A stretch of DNA of 64,000 nt, taken from the NCBI GenBank assembly GCA_022653695.1, contig JALCSW010000002.1, forward strand, positions 278,605-342,604, in the 5' to 3' direction. Origin of the DNA: Bacilli bacterium. Its GTDB lineage: Bacteria > Bacillota_I > Bacilli_A > RFN20 > CAG-826. Positions within the stretch are counted from its first letter, which is position 1, and each line of letters begins with the position of its first letter. The position numbers and the translations under genes are program-made. The notes beneath the pieces were generated by a model. That model was not told where the DNA came from, made no database searches, and saw only the letters and a list, made by a program, of their open reading frames with translations. Below, in pieces: positions 33,787 to 44,741 of the stretch.

Positions 33787-35511
33787 CTATCGGCCTTCCT
33801 GAAAATGGCTTACGGCTTCTTCCGCCGCCGCTTTGGCCTTGACGAAATCCCCGCTGTAGAAAAGGCCCTCGCATTGAATCATCAAGGCATTGAGTTCGCC
33901 GCTGTCGCCTCGGAAACGGTTGGCGAAAACGATGGCTTTTTCGGCATCGTCGGCTTCGCTGCGATCCTTCGCGACGGATTCGACGAAGGCGTCGGCCCCG
34001 CTTTCCAAAGCAACCAAATCCGCATCCACTTTTTTGACGTCAATCGGCATCGACCGCAAATCATCGGAAAGATTGTCCAAAGTGGCGTAGAGGTCGTCGA
34101 TTCTACTTTCATAGCGCTCGTAAATCGGCTTTAAATTAAGGTCACGAAGGGTTTTTTCGGCGTCTTTGAGGCGAGACCAATAAACGCTTAAGGCCGCGTT
34201 GGCCTTCTCGCTATCGGTCTTGAGGGAAGCCAAATAACTCTGAAAATCGGCGATTTGTTTGGTGGCCTCCTCGTCTTGCGCCTTAAGGGAACGCATCCGC
34301 TCGACCAAAAGGGAATAGGGTTGCTTCGTGGCGGTATGGATGACGGAATCGAGGCTGCGGCGCGAAGCGCCGGCTTTGTTGATGGCGCTCTGAATGGCGT
34401 CGATGCGGGTTTCCTCGCCGCTCATCTGATAGATTTTCCGAACGGCCGGAAGGGCGTTGCAAAGGACGATGAAATTCTTTTCGAGATCGTTTTCCTTGGC
34501 GTAAACGCCATCGCACTCGGCCTGGAAAACGGTCCGGGCCGCCTTCTCGGAATCGAACTTCGCGCCATACGCTTCGAGGCGGTGCGCCATGTCGTCGAGC
34601 TCTTTCTCGACGCCGCGCATATCGAAATCCTGAACGCGCTTGGCGAGGCCGGCCAACTCATCTTTCAAGGTCGCGAAATCGTCGGGCAAAAGGATGTGGT
34701 AAAGCGGATAGCCATCCTTGATCATCTCTTCGTAGCGGTTCTGAAGCGAGGCGATTTTATCCGGCAAAACGGATTGGATGGTGACGCAAACGTTGGGCAG
34801 GGCCCTCAGCGTGGCGGCCAAGGAATCGCCAACCGGCGAAATTCGGTTGATCAAAAGGGCTTTCGCGTCAATGTACTGGGCGTTTTCGATGTCCTGCTCC
34901 ACTTGGTCGAAAAGGGAGTCGAGTTTCGTGAACACGCTCTCGAAAGAGGGGCCCACGAGGCTTAGGTCGGCCTGACGGGCGAAGTACTCCTGTTTGATTT
35001 TGCGGAGTTTCTCCCGCTCATCGAAACTGCGAGCGCGACAATCCTCCTCGTCTTGGAACATATGCCTCAAAGCCTTGTCGAGGGAGGCGACTTGCGCTTC
35101 ATAATCCTCCACCGCTTTCCTCGCGAGCGGAAGCTGGGCCCGCAAGTCTTTGTAACGGCGCGCGGCGAGCACGTCCTTCGTCCCGTTGATCGAAGCCTGG
35201 GCCGAGGCGTCGCTCACATCGCGGATGTCCTTGAATTTCTTGTTCCAATCCATGTATTCCTGAACATAGGTAAGGTTCATGCTCGAGATATTCTCAAGGC
35301 GCTTGACGAACTGGCTGTCTTGGCCGAAGAGAAGCCCATGGCTCCTCTCAAACCGGGCGTTGAGATCCCGGACTTGGCGTTTGAGCCGCAAATGCATGAA
35401 GACCGCGAAGTAGAGAAAGACGAAGAGCCCCACAACAAGAAGGCCTCCGGCGACGGAAATGGCGATGATGCCATTAAGGTCAAGCGAAACGACGACTGCC
35501 ATTGTTTTCAT
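33787..35511 (-). CDS. ezrA: septation ring formation regulator EzrA
   Basis: N-terminal TM helix, then long coiled-coil repeats. FERSHGLLFGQDSQFVKRLENISSMNL is typical EzrA. Synteny with thiI and the desulfurase matches Bacillus. Confidence 0.9.
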   Translation of the reverse strand: MKTMAVVVSLDLNGIIAISVAGGLLVVGLFVFLYFAVFMHLRLKRQVRDLNARFERSHGLLFGQDSQFVKRLENISSMNLTYVQEYMDWNKKFKDIRDVSDASAQASINGTKDVLAARRYKDLRAQLPLARKAVEDYEAQVASLDKALRHMFQDEEDCRARSFDEREKLRKIKQEYFARQADLSLVGPSFESVFTKLDSLFDQVEQDIENAQYIDAKALLINRISPVGDSLAATLRALPNVCVTIQSVLPDKIASLQNRYEEMIKDGYPLYHILLPDDFATLKDELAGLAKRVQDFDMRGVEKELDDMAHRLEAYGAKFDSEKAARTVFQAECDGVYAKENDLEKNFIVLCNALPAVRKIYQMSGEETRIDAIQSAINKAGASRRSLDSVIHTATKQPYSLLVERMRSLKAQDEEATKQIADFQSYLASLKTDSEKANAALSVYWSRLKDAEKTLRDLNLKPIYERYESRIDDLYATLDNLSDDLRSMPIDVKKVDADLVALESGADAFVESVAKDRSEADDAEKAIVFANRFRGDSGELNALMIQCEGLFYSGDFVKAKAAAEEAVSHFQEGR

Positions 35512-35605
35512 CGCCTTACTATATCACGGCGGCGCGCCTATAGGCGAGAAGGAGCGGAACATTCCGCCTTTAAAGGCCTCAACCGCCCCAAAAAGGCGAA
35601 AAAGA

Positions 35606-35790
35606 TTGACGGGGCCTCGCTTAATACTTATAGTATTACTCGCGTGGATAGAGCAGGTCCTTATGCCTCCGTCTGACGTCCGCCCTCGAAAAGAGTAAGC
35701 CAGCAGCTACTTGGCCGAAATGATTGACGGACACCCGAGAGGCAGGAACGGATCCCTAACTTTGTTTGGCGCAAGGAAAGGAGAAAAAAT
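35606..35790 (+). promoter_or_regulatory. rpsD promoter plus about 150 nt leader (candidate S4 autoregulatory leader)
   Basis: TTGACG (35606..35611), 17 nt, TATAGT (35629..35634). A long untranslated leader precedes a strong GGAAAGGAG SD. Confidence 0.45.
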
Positions 35791-36396
35791 ATGTCAAGGT
35801 ACACCAATTCAACTTGGAAGCAGGCCCGCCGCCTCAATTTCAGCACTTCTGAAACCGGCGATGAGCTCAAGCGTCGCCCCTATGGCCCGGGCCAGCACGG
35901 CCAGGATCGCCATCGCAAGCCGTCTGAGTACGGAACCCAGCTTCTCGAAAAGCAGAAGCTTCGGGAACTTTATGGCGTCAACGAGCGGCAATTCCGCCGT
36001 CTCTTCATGATTGCCAAGAAAGACAAGACCGTCACCGGTTTGGCTTTCTTCCGCATCTTGGAAAGCCGCTTGGACAGCCTCGTCTATCGCATGGGCTTTG
36101 CCCGCACGAGAGCCGCGGCCCGTCAGCTAGTGAACCACGGACACATCACAGTCAATGGCAAAAAGGTCGACATTCCGTCGTATCTATGCAAGGTCAATGA
36201 CGTGATCGCCCTCAAAGAGACCGCTCCGCTCAAATGCGTGAAAGAGTCCTTCGACGGCAAACCCGCGACTCCGGCTTACGTCAAAGTCGAGCCTGAGAAA
36301 TTCACCGGCACCTTCACCCGCCTTCCGGAACGCAACGAGCTTCCCCAAGACATCAATGAAGCGCAGATCATCGAGTACTACAACCGTTTGCTGTAA
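35791..36396 (+). CDS. rpsD: 30S ribosomal protein S4
   Basis: MSRYTNSTWKQARRLNFS... Confidence 0.97.
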   Translation: MSRYTNSTWKQARRLNFSTSETGDELKRRPYGPGQHGQDRHRKPSEYGTQLLEKQKLRELYGVNERQFRRLFMIAKKDKTVTGLAFFRILESRLDSLVYRMGFARTRAAARQLVNHGHITVNGKKVDIPSYLCKVNDVIALKETAPLKCVKESFDGKPATPAYVKVEPEKFTGTFTRLPERNELPQDINEAQIIEYYNRLL

Positions 36397-36413
36397 TCCT
36401 CATTCGATCGCCG

Positions 36414-36444
36414 AAACCCCAACGTTATGGTTGGGGTTTTCTTT
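36414..36444 (+). terminator. rho-independent terminator after rpsD
   Basis: AACCCCAAC / GTTGGGGTT stem followed by a T-rich tail. Confidence 0.7.
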
Positions 36445-36514
36445 ATGTTCGTAGAGAACGGTCCATCGCCGACCCTTTCAAGGCCAAACGACTTTTCGCC
36501 ACCGCTTTCGTCAT

Positions 36515-36540
36515 GAAAAAGGCGGGCCGTCGAGCCCGCC
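36515..36540 (-). terminator. rho-independent terminator after the 1072-aa gene
   Basis: On the minus strand: GGCGGGC TCGACG GCCCGCC followed by T-run. Confidence 0.7.
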
Positions 36541-36555
36541 TCGCAATATCGTCGT

Positions 36556-39500
36556 TTATTCGCCGTAGCCTTCGACGGAATCGAAACTCGTGCGGGCGAT
36601 CATCGCCGCCCACGCGTCAGCGGCTTTGCTCTTGAAGGATTCGCCGGTCCAGCAATCCTCGCCGATGTTGACGTTGTCGACCGTCGCGGTGAGCGAGAGA
36701 TTAAGGAGAGGGATATTGAACGAAAGCTTGAAATCAAGGCTCGAGAGATAGCCTCCGTCGTTTGTGTGGATGGTGACGTCCATGTCGCCAAGTTGCGAAT
36801 TGTTCGATACGACGGCCATATCCATCACAAAGGTGAAGGACGGGGTCGCGCTCTCTTCGTTGGCGCAGGAATAGCTATCGAGAATGCTCTCGATATCGAT
36901 CGGCTCGTCGCTGCCGGATTCGCTCTTCTTCTGGATGGAATCGATGTAACTGTCCTTAAGGGCGACAACATCGTTAAGCAGGTAATAGAGGAGGTTCTTC
37001 GTGAAGTAGGGGGCATAGACCTTCTTGTAGGTTTTCGTGTCGCCGCTCACGGGACGCTTGTTGAATTCGTAAAGATAAACGTTGCCGCCGGTCCCGCCGC
37101 CGGCCGGGGCCTCGTAATAGAACTGAACGTCGCGGCGTGCCTTGCCCGATAAGGTGTCAAGAGCCGCCCACCTTCCGGTGTTGTTGACACTCGAGAGAAG
37201 CGGAATGTTGTTGAAATAGCCGCTCACTTTGACGGTTTTGTTCACGACTGAGAGATAGAAGTCGACGTCGACGGCCATCGAGATGTTGATGAGCATGTTG
37301 ACGTTCATGGTCGCGGTGAGGTGGAAACTCGTAAGATAGCTTGTTTTGATGCCAAATTTGACAAGGGTCTTAAGGGAACTGAGATTAAGGTAAGTATCGT
37401 CTTCGACGAGGTTCGTGAGTTTGCCATCGTCGTAGGAAGTCAATGAAGCGTCAAGGTTGATGGTGTAATTGCCATAAACGAAATTCTCGAGGCGAACGCC
37501 CTTGACTTCGTCGGTGTTTTCATCGGAAACGCCAAGCGGCAGACAAACGACGATGTCGTTGCCGTCGTCGCCGATGAGATGGCCATCGACGATGGCCTTG
37601 ATTTCATCGAGCCCGGTCTTCTCGTTGCTGACGGTGGTGACGCTTTTGAGGATCTTGGTTTCGAGCAAAGCCCCGAAGTCCTGATCCATCAAGCGCCCCA
37701 TGACGGTCGTGGCGGCCTCGCTCTTCATCCCGTCGAAGAATTTGGCCCAACGTTGGTCAGGGGCGTCCGGAGAGACGACAGATTTCACTTGCGAAACGAT
37801 ATCCTCGATGCTATCGACGGTAAGAGATCCGTTAAGCGGATCGTCGCCACCCGTAGTCGAACCATCGGCCGTGATTCTGTCTTTATAGGAGAAAAGCAAC
37901 TTCGCCTTTTCCGTGGCGCTCCCGCCCGTCAAGTCAGCGGTGATCGAATGGGCTTGGCTCGTGGATGAATCCCAATTCGAGGAAGTGGCGACCACGTTAA
38001 GGGTCCCGGTCCCAACTTTGTTAGGAACGTCGGCCTGAAGGCCACCCGAAATGATGAATTTATCGGCGGTGCCGGTTTTTTCAATGATGGTACCGTTCGT
38101 TCCGCCAGCATCGTCTTGGGAGTTGAGGGTAAGGCCAAACTTCTGCTCGTTGGCCAAATTGTAAAGCTGATTGAAGACGCCATCGGCGAAATCGAGCGAC
38201 ATATAACCGGTCCCGGCTTTGGCCGCATCCACCGCCGCCGCGGAATAACCCTCGGTCTTGATGGTGAGGTCATCGACGGTGACGGAACTCGAAAGGACGA
38301 CGTCGCTCACTTCGATCGTGGCAAGGTTGCTCGAGGAGGCGCTGCCGTCGAAGGTCAAGGTGACCTGGGAATCGTCCCCTAGGCCAAGTTGGCTAAGGGA
38401 AACGGTGAGTTTGAGGTAATTGTTGGAGGTCTCGACTTTTTTAAGCATCGAAACGACCGTCTCGTAGTGACCGTCATAGATGTTGGTCATAAGTTCGCTC
38501 GAAGTAATGAAATCAAAGGCCGTATTGGCGCTTTGCGTCTCGACTTGACCGAACTTGTCTTTCATGGAATCGATAAGGCTTTCCATGGAATCGTGGGTCA
38601 TTTTGGCCCTAAGCGCATTCTCGTTATAGGTAAGGTAAGCGGCCTCCGGAGTATAAACGGCAGCCAAACTTTGGCTGTCGCTCGTCTTATCGGCGTCGCC
38701 GTCGTTGGCGAAATAGGAATAGGTGGTCCCAAGATTAAGATCGAAGGTATCCTCAAGGAAGTTGTTGGAGGAGAAGTCGACGTTGGCTCCGCCGTTAAGG
38801 GCGAGATCGGCCGTCCCGTTACGAAGCGAACCGGCAAAGGAAAGGCCAACGTTCTTCCCTTTGTAAACGTTGTAGATCTTCTCGATGAGTTCGACCTGAT
38901 CGTTTATCTCAAGGTAGGTCTTTCCGGTGTCCTCGGGGTTCACGATATTGATATCGTCGGTGACGGTGACATCGGAAAGGGCGAAAGCGATTTTCCAGTC
39001 GCCTAACGCGATAGGGGTGTCTTCGTTCGTGTAGGCGCCCGTGAGAACGCAATCTTTGTCGGCGGTCATGATGATGTCATAGCCATCGATGGAGAGAGTG
39101 AATTTGTAAGTACCGTCGGAAAGGTCTTCCTCGACGATGTTGCTGAGAGCGTCGGTAAAACTCGAAAGACCGTCTCCGGAAACGGCCGATGAAGTATCGA
39201 TGTCAATTTGGGCGCTTTCGATGCTAAAGATGCGAATCAAATTCTTGAAGAAGTCGACGCGGGAGTCCACTTCGCTCTTATAGTTGATGCCCATGACGGA
39301 AACATAGAAATCGCCATTGACCATATCCATGTCGAAGGTGTCGGCCGCGGCCCCATCGTTAACGGTGACGGCCGTGCCGTTATAACTCACGTTGGCGGCC
39401 ATGTTAAGACCGATCGCGTTAAGCGAAAGCTCTGGCATCGAGAAAGCCAAAGTCGAACTGACCGTGAAAACGTTGTCCGGATAAGTGGCTTGCAATGACA

Positions 39501-39774
39501 AATCGGCGGTCAAACCCTGCATTCCCGTGAGGTTAGCGGTGAACTTCTGCGTAGGAGTGAGTTCATCCCCTCCATCGGGAATATATGGCGAATGGCTCGT
39601 CGAAGTGCCGACGTTGTCGCCGTTTCCTCCATTAGCGGCGTTCGGCACCGAAAAATAAACAACGGTGGTCGCCATCGCGAACAAAGAGCAAAGGACAATG
39701 GCGTATTTGCCATCCCTTTTTCTCCGCAGGCGGTTGCGCTCCTTGACGAGCGCGACATTCTTTTTCTTTCCCAT
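36556..39774 (-). CDS. large N-terminally membrane-anchored, acidic, beta-rich extracellular protein (1072 aa), function unknown
   Basis: Basic N-terminus (KKKNVALVKERNRLRRKRDGK) plus one TM helix. The rest is T/S/D/N/G-rich with alternating beta-strand-like patterns and no recognised catalytic motif. GGGGAGG SD. Confidence 0.8.
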   Translation of the reverse strand: MGKKKNVALVKERNRLRRKRDGKYAIVLCSLFAMATTVVYFSVPNAANGGNGDNVGTSTSHSPYIPDGGDELTPTQKFTANLTGMQGLTADLSLQATYPDNVFTVSSTLAFSMPELSLNAIGLNMAANVSYNGTAVTVNDGAAADTFDMDMVNGDFYVSVMGINYKSEVDSRVDFFKNLIRIFSIESAQIDIDTSSAVSGDGLSSFTDALSNIVEEDLSDGTYKFTLSIDGYDIIMTADKDCVLTGAYTNEDTPIALGDWKIAFALSDVTVTDDINIVNPEDTGKTYLEINDQVELIEKIYNVYKGKNVGLSFAGSLRNGTADLALNGGANVDFSSNNFLEDTFDLNLGTTYSYFANDGDADKTSDSQSLAAVYTPEAAYLTYNENALRAKMTHDSMESLIDSMKDKFGQVETQSANTAFDFITSSELMTNIYDGHYETVVSMLKKVETSNNYLKLTVSLSQLGLGDDSQVTLTFDGSASSSNLATIEVSDVVLSSSVTVDDLTIKTEGYSAAAVDAAKAGTGYMSLDFADGVFNQLYNLANEQKFGLTLNSQDDAGGTNGTIIEKTGTADKFIISGGLQADVPNKVGTGTLNVVATSSNWDSSTSQAHSITADLTGGSATEKAKLLFSYKDRITADGSTTGGDDPLNGSLTVDSIEDIVSQVKSVVSPDAPDQRWAKFFDGMKSEAATTVMGRLMDQDFGALLETKILKSVTTVSNEKTGLDEIKAIVDGHLIGDDGNDIVVCLPLGVSDENTDEVKGVRLENFVYGNYTINLDASLTSYDDGKLTNLVEDDTYLNLSSLKTLVKFGIKTSYLTSFHLTATMNVNMLINISMAVDVDFYLSVVNKTVKVSGYFNNIPLLSSVNNTGRWAALDTLSGKARRDVQFYYEAPAGGGTGGNVYLYEFNKRPVSGDTKTYKKVYAPYFTKNLLYYLLNDVVALKDSYIDSIQKKSESGSDEPIDIESILDSYSCANEESATPSFTFVMDMAVVSNNSQLGDMDVTIHTNDGGYLSSLDFKLSFNIPLLNLSLTATVDNVNIGEDCWTGESFKSKAADAWAAMIARTSFDSVEGYGE

Positions 39775-39799
39775 AAAATTTTTTCCTCCCCTTTATATA

Positions 39800-40774
39800 T
39801 CAATCACCCCAATAAGTGATTGGAGTCTCCAATTCCGGAATCGTGTATCCGCCCTCACAGAAATACTTGGTCGTAAGCCTTCCTTCCGTGGTGGTTGGAA
39901 CGGGAAGCACCTTAAGGGTAACCGTGTATTTCTCGTGCGACTCGGTAGCAATAAGCTGAAGTTTGCTGTCGAGATAGAAAGTCAAATGAACGAATGAGAA
40001 ATCAATGCTGCTTAGGTTCGAGATAGCGATCATTTGAACTTGATAGTTCGTGGTGCTGCCATTGGCCGCAAGTTCCAGTTCCAATGTGTAGCCGTCCTTC
40101 GTTTTAGTCAGTGACGTCGCCGGATCGCCGCTTTCGGTCGTGGCCGAAGGATTGACCGTGCTATCGCTGATTATATAAATAATGGGGGTGTCAAGCGTTC
40201 GCCCGTATTTTTTGAAATACGCATCGGGTTTATAGCGAGTGGATTTCTTTTCGTAACTGGCCTTCTCGACGTCACCATCCACCGGAACGCCATCGTAAAC
40301 ATCAACATATCCCTTATCATCTTTCTTATCTTTACCTTGGAAAGTTCTAGAAGCGGTTTTCACCATGCTGCTGGCGGAAATAGACTCCTCCATATAATCG
40401 TCGCCATCGCGGATAACCGTATCGCGGATTTGCTGGATCACGGGTCCCCCTTTGGCGTACCCTTTGCCTTGAGTCATGTAATTCGTTTTCTTTTTCATGA
40501 GCATAAGGGAAATGTTCGCGATGTCGCTGCAAGTGAACACGTTTGTGTCGACCAGTTTGGTGAAATCGACCGATTCGTCATCGGAAATGACGGCCCCGTA
40601 AGTGTTCAGCAACTCATCGTTGTTTCCGGTTACGACCGCCGTATGATCGCCTTGTTTCGCGGTCATGCCGTGCAAATAAAAGCCAAGCCCGGCGCCGAGG
40701 GCGACGGCAACGACGGAAAGGCAACTCATCGTGATGATGGCTCCCAATCTTTTGCTCAGCTTTTTGGTTTTCAT
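39800..40774 (-). CDS. N-terminally membrane-anchored extracellular protein (about 324 aa), function unknown
   Basis: MKTKKLSKRLGAIITMSCLSVVAVALGAGLGFYL anchor. Lies 25 nt upstream of the 1072-aa gene on the same strand. GTG 40789 is an alternative start. Confidence 0.7.
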   Translation of the reverse strand: MKTKKLSKRLGAIITMSCLSVVAVALGAGLGFYLHGMTAKQGDHTAVVTGNNDELLNTYGAVISDDESVDFTKLVDTNVFTCSDIANISLMLMKKKTNYMTQGKGYAKGGPVIQQIRDTVIRDGDDYMEESISASSMVKTASRTFQGKDKKDDKGYVDVYDGVPVDGDVEKASYEKKSTRYKPDAYFKKYGRTLDTPIIYIISDSTVNPSATTESGDPATSLTKTKDGYTLELELAANGSTTNYQVQMIAISNLSSIDFSFVHLTFYLDSKLQLIATESHEKYTVTLKVLPVPTTTEGRLTTKYFCEGGYTIPELETPITYWGD

Positions 40775-41029
40775 GGTTCTTGTTGGCACAAACTTACCAA
40801 CGTTGCATTATAAACGGGATCCGTCAATAAACCCCCTAACGCTCGCGCAAGGAAGGTAGAGCCGACTCTACTATTCGTAGAAAAACAACAAATTTCGGAG
40901 TATTTTTCGTTCAGATAACTTAAACATTCGATATTATGTCTTTTAATTCGTATACCGGAATCTTAAGGCAAGAAGCGTGATATACGTATAGTAGAGACCG
41001 AATATCGAAAATTCCACTTTTTAAACCAC

Positions 41030-41057
41030 TTGCAACGAAACTCTCCATCTATACAAT
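41030..41057 (+). promoter_or_regulatory. promoter of the membrane-tethered XRE regulator gene
   Basis: TTGCAA (41030..41035), 16 nt, TACAAT (41052..41057). Only 10 nt separate it from the ATG and there is no SD. Confidence 0.5.
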
Positions 41058-41067
41058 AGAAACTGTT

Positions 41068-41664
41068 ATGGATGAACTGAACACGATTGTTTCCGAGAAC
41101 CTATCCTCGCTTCGCAAGGCCAAGCACCTTACTCAGCAGGAACTGGCCGATCGGATCGGCTACAGCGACAAAAGCGTTTCGAAGTGGGAACTTGGCAAGG
41201 CCGTTCCCACGGTTGACATTCTCAAGCAGTTTGCCGATTTCTATGGAGTCACCGTCGATTTTTTGATCACGGCTCAGTCGGCCCAGCAACGCGACAAGGC
41301 CCTTAAGGGCGACCAGAAAACCAACAACAATCGCATTATTATCATCGCGATGGTTGCCACCTTCGTTTGGTTCACCGCCGCTTGCATCTACGCTTCCAGC
41401 ATCCTCAATGACTTAGGCGATTGGTGGTCGGCTTTCGTTTGGGCCATCCCCGCCAGCATCCTGACGACCGGCTTTTTGGTTTTTTGGTTTTGGCGGAAAT
41501 CGATTCATTTCTATATTTGCTCAAGCCTTTTCATTTGGGCCTTCCTTACGGCCGTTTGCGTTCAGTTGGCTTTCTACCCGCCCCATCAGCAACTTTGGTA
41601 CATCTACTTTGTGGGGATTCCCTTGCAGATCGGCATTATTCTTTTGCGGGGTTGGAAAAAATAA
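41068..41664 (+). CDS. XRE-family HTH regulator fused to a 4-helix membrane domain
   Basis: LRKAKHLTQQELADRIGYSDKSVSKWELGKAVP HTH, followed by four hydrophobic helices. Confidence 0.85.
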   Translation: MDELNTIVSENLSSLRKAKHLTQQELADRIGYSDKSVSKWELGKAVPTVDILKQFADFYGVTVDFLITAQSAQQRDKALKGDQKTNNNRIIIIAMVATFVWFTAACIYASSILNDLGDWWSAFVWAIPASILTTGFLVFWFWRKSIHFYICSSLFIWAFLTAVCVQLAFYPPHQQLWYIYFVGIPLQIGIILLRGWKK

Positions 41665-41693
41665 GGGAGCGGTTTTCTCGCTCCCTTATTTGT
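41662..41693. terminator. bidirectional terminator between the XRE gene and tyrS
   Basis: TAAGGGAGCG / CGCTCCCTTA stem flanked by A- and T-rich runs. Confidence 0.65.
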
Positions 41694-41706
41694 CGCCTTG
41701 CCTTCG

Positions 41707-42957
41707 TTAGATTTCGGCGAGGTAATAGTTTTTCTTGCCGCGGCGGACGATGATGTATTTGCCGCAAAGAGTGTCTTCCGTTCCGTAGACTTTATTGGGG
41801 TCGACGGCCGGTTTCCCGTTCACGACAACGCCGTTTTGCTGGATGAAAGTGCGGGCTTGGGTCCTGCTTTGGGCCGCCCCGACCGCGATGAGGAGGTCGA
41901 CCAAATTCTTTTCGCCGTCCAATTTCACCTTAAGGGAACCTAGAAGCTCCTCGATTTCCTTTTCGTTAAGGCCAGTTACTTCGCCTTTGAAGAGAACCTC
42001 CGACATTTTGCGGGCTTCCTCCGCCGCCGCCTGCCCATGGATTTCCTTCGTGACTTCGTAGGCCAGTTTTTTCTGGGCGATCCGCGAGCCTGGACGGTCG
42101 TAGTGGTCCCTAGCCACCGCTTCGATCTCCTCATGAGGAAGGAAAGTGAAAACCTTGAGATACTTGACCGCGTCGTCGTCGGTGCAGTTGATGAAATACT
42201 GATAGAGCTTATAAGGCGAGGTGAGTTTGGGATCGAGAAAAAGGGCGCCTTCCTCGCTTTTGCCGAATTTCTTGCCATCGGCGCGGGTGATAAGATGGGC
42301 CGTCATGACCTCGCATTCGGCGTTTTCACCCTCGATTTTCCTGATGAGCTCCATGCCGGAAGTGAGATTGCCCCACTGATCGTTGCCGCCGATCTGGATC
42401 CTGCAGCCGTATTTTTTGTTGAGCGTCAGGAAATCGATCGATTGAAGAATTTGGTACGAGAACTCGGTGAAGGAGATGCCCGCCTCCAAACGCGAGGCGA
42501 CGATTTCTTTGCTGAGCATGTAATTGATGGGGAAATACTTGCCAAAGTCGCGAAGGAAATCGATCGTGCCCATCGAACCGAGCCAATCGTAGTTGTTGAC
42601 GATGAGGCCTTTGTCGGGATCGCTCAAATCGAGGAAGCGCTCGAGTTGGCTTTTGATGCTTTGAGTGTTAGCCTCAAGGGCTTCCTTGCCCTGAAGGTTC
42701 CTCTCCTTGCTCTTGCCGGAGGGGTCGCCGATCATGCCGGTGGCGCCCCCGACGAGGGCGATGATGCGATGGCCGGCCCGTTGGAGACGCATCAAAATCG
42801 AAATCATGACGAAATTCCCTATGTGCATTGAGGAAGCGCTCGGATCGAAGCCGCAATAGATGGTCTGCTTCGCGCTGAGAAGCTTTCGCACGGCTTCTTC
42901 GTTTGAATACTGCTCGATCAAGCCCCGATAATTCAAATCGTCGACGATGTTGTCCAT
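41707..42957 (-). CDS. tyrS: tyrosine--tRNA ligase
   Basis: LNYRGLIEQ, HIGN (HIGH-type motif), KFGKS (KMSKS-type motif), C-terminal S4-like domain. Confidence 0.97.
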   Translation of the reverse strand: MDNIVDDLNYRGLIEQYSNEEAVRKLLSAKQTIYCGFDPSASSMHIGNFVMISILMRLQRAGHRIIALVGGATGMIGDPSGKSKERNLQGKEALEANTQSIKSQLERFLDLSDPDKGLIVNNYDWLGSMGTIDFLRDFGKYFPINYMLSKEIVASRLEAGISFTEFSYQILQSIDFLTLNKKYGCRIQIGGNDQWGNLTSGMELIRKIEGENAECEVMTAHLITRADGKKFGKSEEGALFLDPKLTSPYKLYQYFINCTDDDAVKYLKVFTFLPHEEIEAVARDHYDRPGSRIAQKKLAYEVTKEIHGQAAAEEARKMSEVLFKGEVTGLNEKEIEELLGSLKVKLDGEKNLVDLLIAVGAAQSRTQARTFIQQNGVVVNGKPAVDPNKVYGTEDTLCGKYIIVRRGKKNYYLAEI

Positions 42958-43015
42958 AAGAATGCCCTTCTCGGCTATTGTACCTTCATTAATCGCTTTT
43001 TGGCATCAAAAGAAA

Positions 43016-43047
43016 AGAAAAAGCCCCTTCGCAAAGGCGAAGAGGCT
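43016..43047 (-). terminator. rho-independent terminator after groEL
   Basis: On the minus strand: GCCTCTTCGCC TTT GCGAAGGGGC followed by T5. Confidence 0.65.
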
Positions 43048-43064
43048 TCTTGGCTAACCGAGGA

Positions 43065-44726
<1,662 letters not shown>

Positions 44727-44741
44727 TTAAAATAAAGGCTT

